From Lama guanicoe (Eukaryota), in contig MU054308.1 of the NCBI GenBank assembly GCA_013239625.1, forward strand, positions 15,174 through 79,173: a DNA stretch of 64,000 nucleotides. The letters are read 5' to 3'. This document shows, in pieces, positions 62,369 through 64,000 of this stretch. The notes under the pieces were generated by a model. It did not search any database, had not been told where the DNA came from, and worked only from the letters and a program-made list of their open reading frames with translations. Both the position numbers and the translations under genes were made by a program. Position 1 is the stretch's first letter. The number at the start of each line of letters is the position of its first letter.

Positions 62369-64000
62369 TTACTGTGGACTGATATAAACTTATCAGTCTG
62401 AGCTGGAAAATCTACAAAGAATGTTATTTTTAATTAGGTATAACTGAAAGTTTTGGACATTGTTTTGCTCTGTATCATACCCTCATATCCTATCTTTTCA
62501 CTTGGACATCAATTCAGCAACCAGCTGATAAAAATTATAACCTGAGAACAGCTTGATCCTACTAATCAATCCAAAATCTTCTATCTCCAGTGTGTATCTA
62601 GCTATCCTTCCTGACACTTGTTGCTTGAGACACTTAGAAACACATTCTTCATCACTCTGGTATGAATAATGAATATATCTCAAGGAAATCCTAGATCTTT
62701 AGTATTAGGAGCCAGTGGATAAATGACAAGCAACTTACTACAATCTTACATTCACTATCTTTCCTTCCTGGGTTTCACTCTCCCCCATTCACCACCTCCC
62801 CTCTGTTTTCCAAAATGAACCACCTACACTAAAGCCCTTTTCTCAGACACTGTCCTTCAGGAACCCCAAGCTAACGATTTGACCTTAATTATCACTAGAC
62901 ACACCTAATAACCAAGAACTTGGAAAAATTCATCTCAATACATTTATTTATATCATATAATTATCAATCACCTAAAATATGCTAATTGAAGATCTTACAA
63001 GACAGATAGGTCATAGTCTAAGGACTCTTCACTTATTAAGAACTATATTCTTTTCATCTATATTTCTTCCCCTCAAATTGGAATATTATTGTTACTGTGA
63101 ATATTCAATCAATCCCTACTCTGTACCAAGCACTGGAATACTCTATGAGACAGTTTCTTCATTTTAGAGATGACACTGAGTCAAAAAGTCATGAAGAAAA
63201 TGAAACCACATTCCCACAGCTAGTAAATATTGAAGCCAAGTTCAAGTCCAACTTTTTCTGAATCAAAATCAACACCAATAGCAAGTGATATTGCTCCTTT
63301 TATGATGAGTGCTTGGTGTGGAATAGATATTGATCATTTAATAACTTCAATATCACAACATTCCACTGAGATAAATATATGTTTCCTGTGCTTATTTCAT
63401 TCAATAATTATGTAATAAAATTCAGAGAAATCTAATGATAATTCTACAATAAAGACCATGTTTTATTTATAAATATAATCCAATCCTGAAACTACAAGTT
63501 ATAACCTTTAACTAAGTTTTCAAGATTCTAATTATTTTCCAGATATGCAGAATTAAAAAAAAATTAAATCTCTTTCTCTGCTCCAGGAAGACTGAGATCC
63601 AACTTGTCCAACATTATCCTTGCAGATAAGCTTGAATCAGTGTCAATCATTTATTCCATTTTGTGTGTGTGTGTGTAGAGCCACACCCAGATGAAACAAA
63701 GGATTCTAAATAATAATGAAAAAAGCAATAAAACATGACTCATTTATTTTGACTCCCTATGTACCAGCAAGTTTCTTGGTCTGCTATTTGCATTATTACA
63801 TCTTTTTATTACACATGGGATGGGTACTATCATAAGCTTTACCTTGAGGATGAGGACATTAAAGCTCAGATATATTATGCTTCTCTTCTGAAATATGTGG
63901 AGATTACAAATCCAGGTAATCTCATTTTGAATCACAAATTCTAAGTGTTACACTATACCAATGAATAGTGAACAATAGCCTCAACTTGCTAAATACAAGT

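Overview
AT-rich mammalian genomic DNA, most likely a camelid. That assignment rests on vic-1-like tRNA-derived SINEs and a camelid-type L1 3' end, recognised from memory and not database-checked. The window is part of a class II olfactory receptor (OR) cluster with nine single-exon OR coding regions. Three OR8/OR5-group loci lie on the minus strand at left (OR8K-like, OR5-like, OR5J-like). They are followed by six OR4-family loci (OR4C11/16-like, four OR4A-type, OR4C6-like). Only one locus (51107-52024, OR4A-type, 305 aa) is an intact ORF with a canonical MAYDRY motif; the other eight carry nonsense and/or frameshift lesions. The rest is L1, L2, MIR, SINE, MaLR/ERV LTRs, an ERV-L pol remnant and microsatellites. 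I found no convincing new biological system. The most interesting readable structure is evolutionary: (1) an apparent triplication of a two-gene OR4A unit, (2) a chimeric promoter-swap OR gene whose crossover maps to about codon 8, (3) a 191-bp perfectly identical gene-conversion-like tract between two pseudogenes, (4) parallel decay of the DRY motif, (5) a conserved O/E-site and 5'-exon architecture, and (6) one unexplained exon-like segment near 21 kb. Repeat boundaries are approximate and OR subfamily names come from recalled similarity to human proteins.
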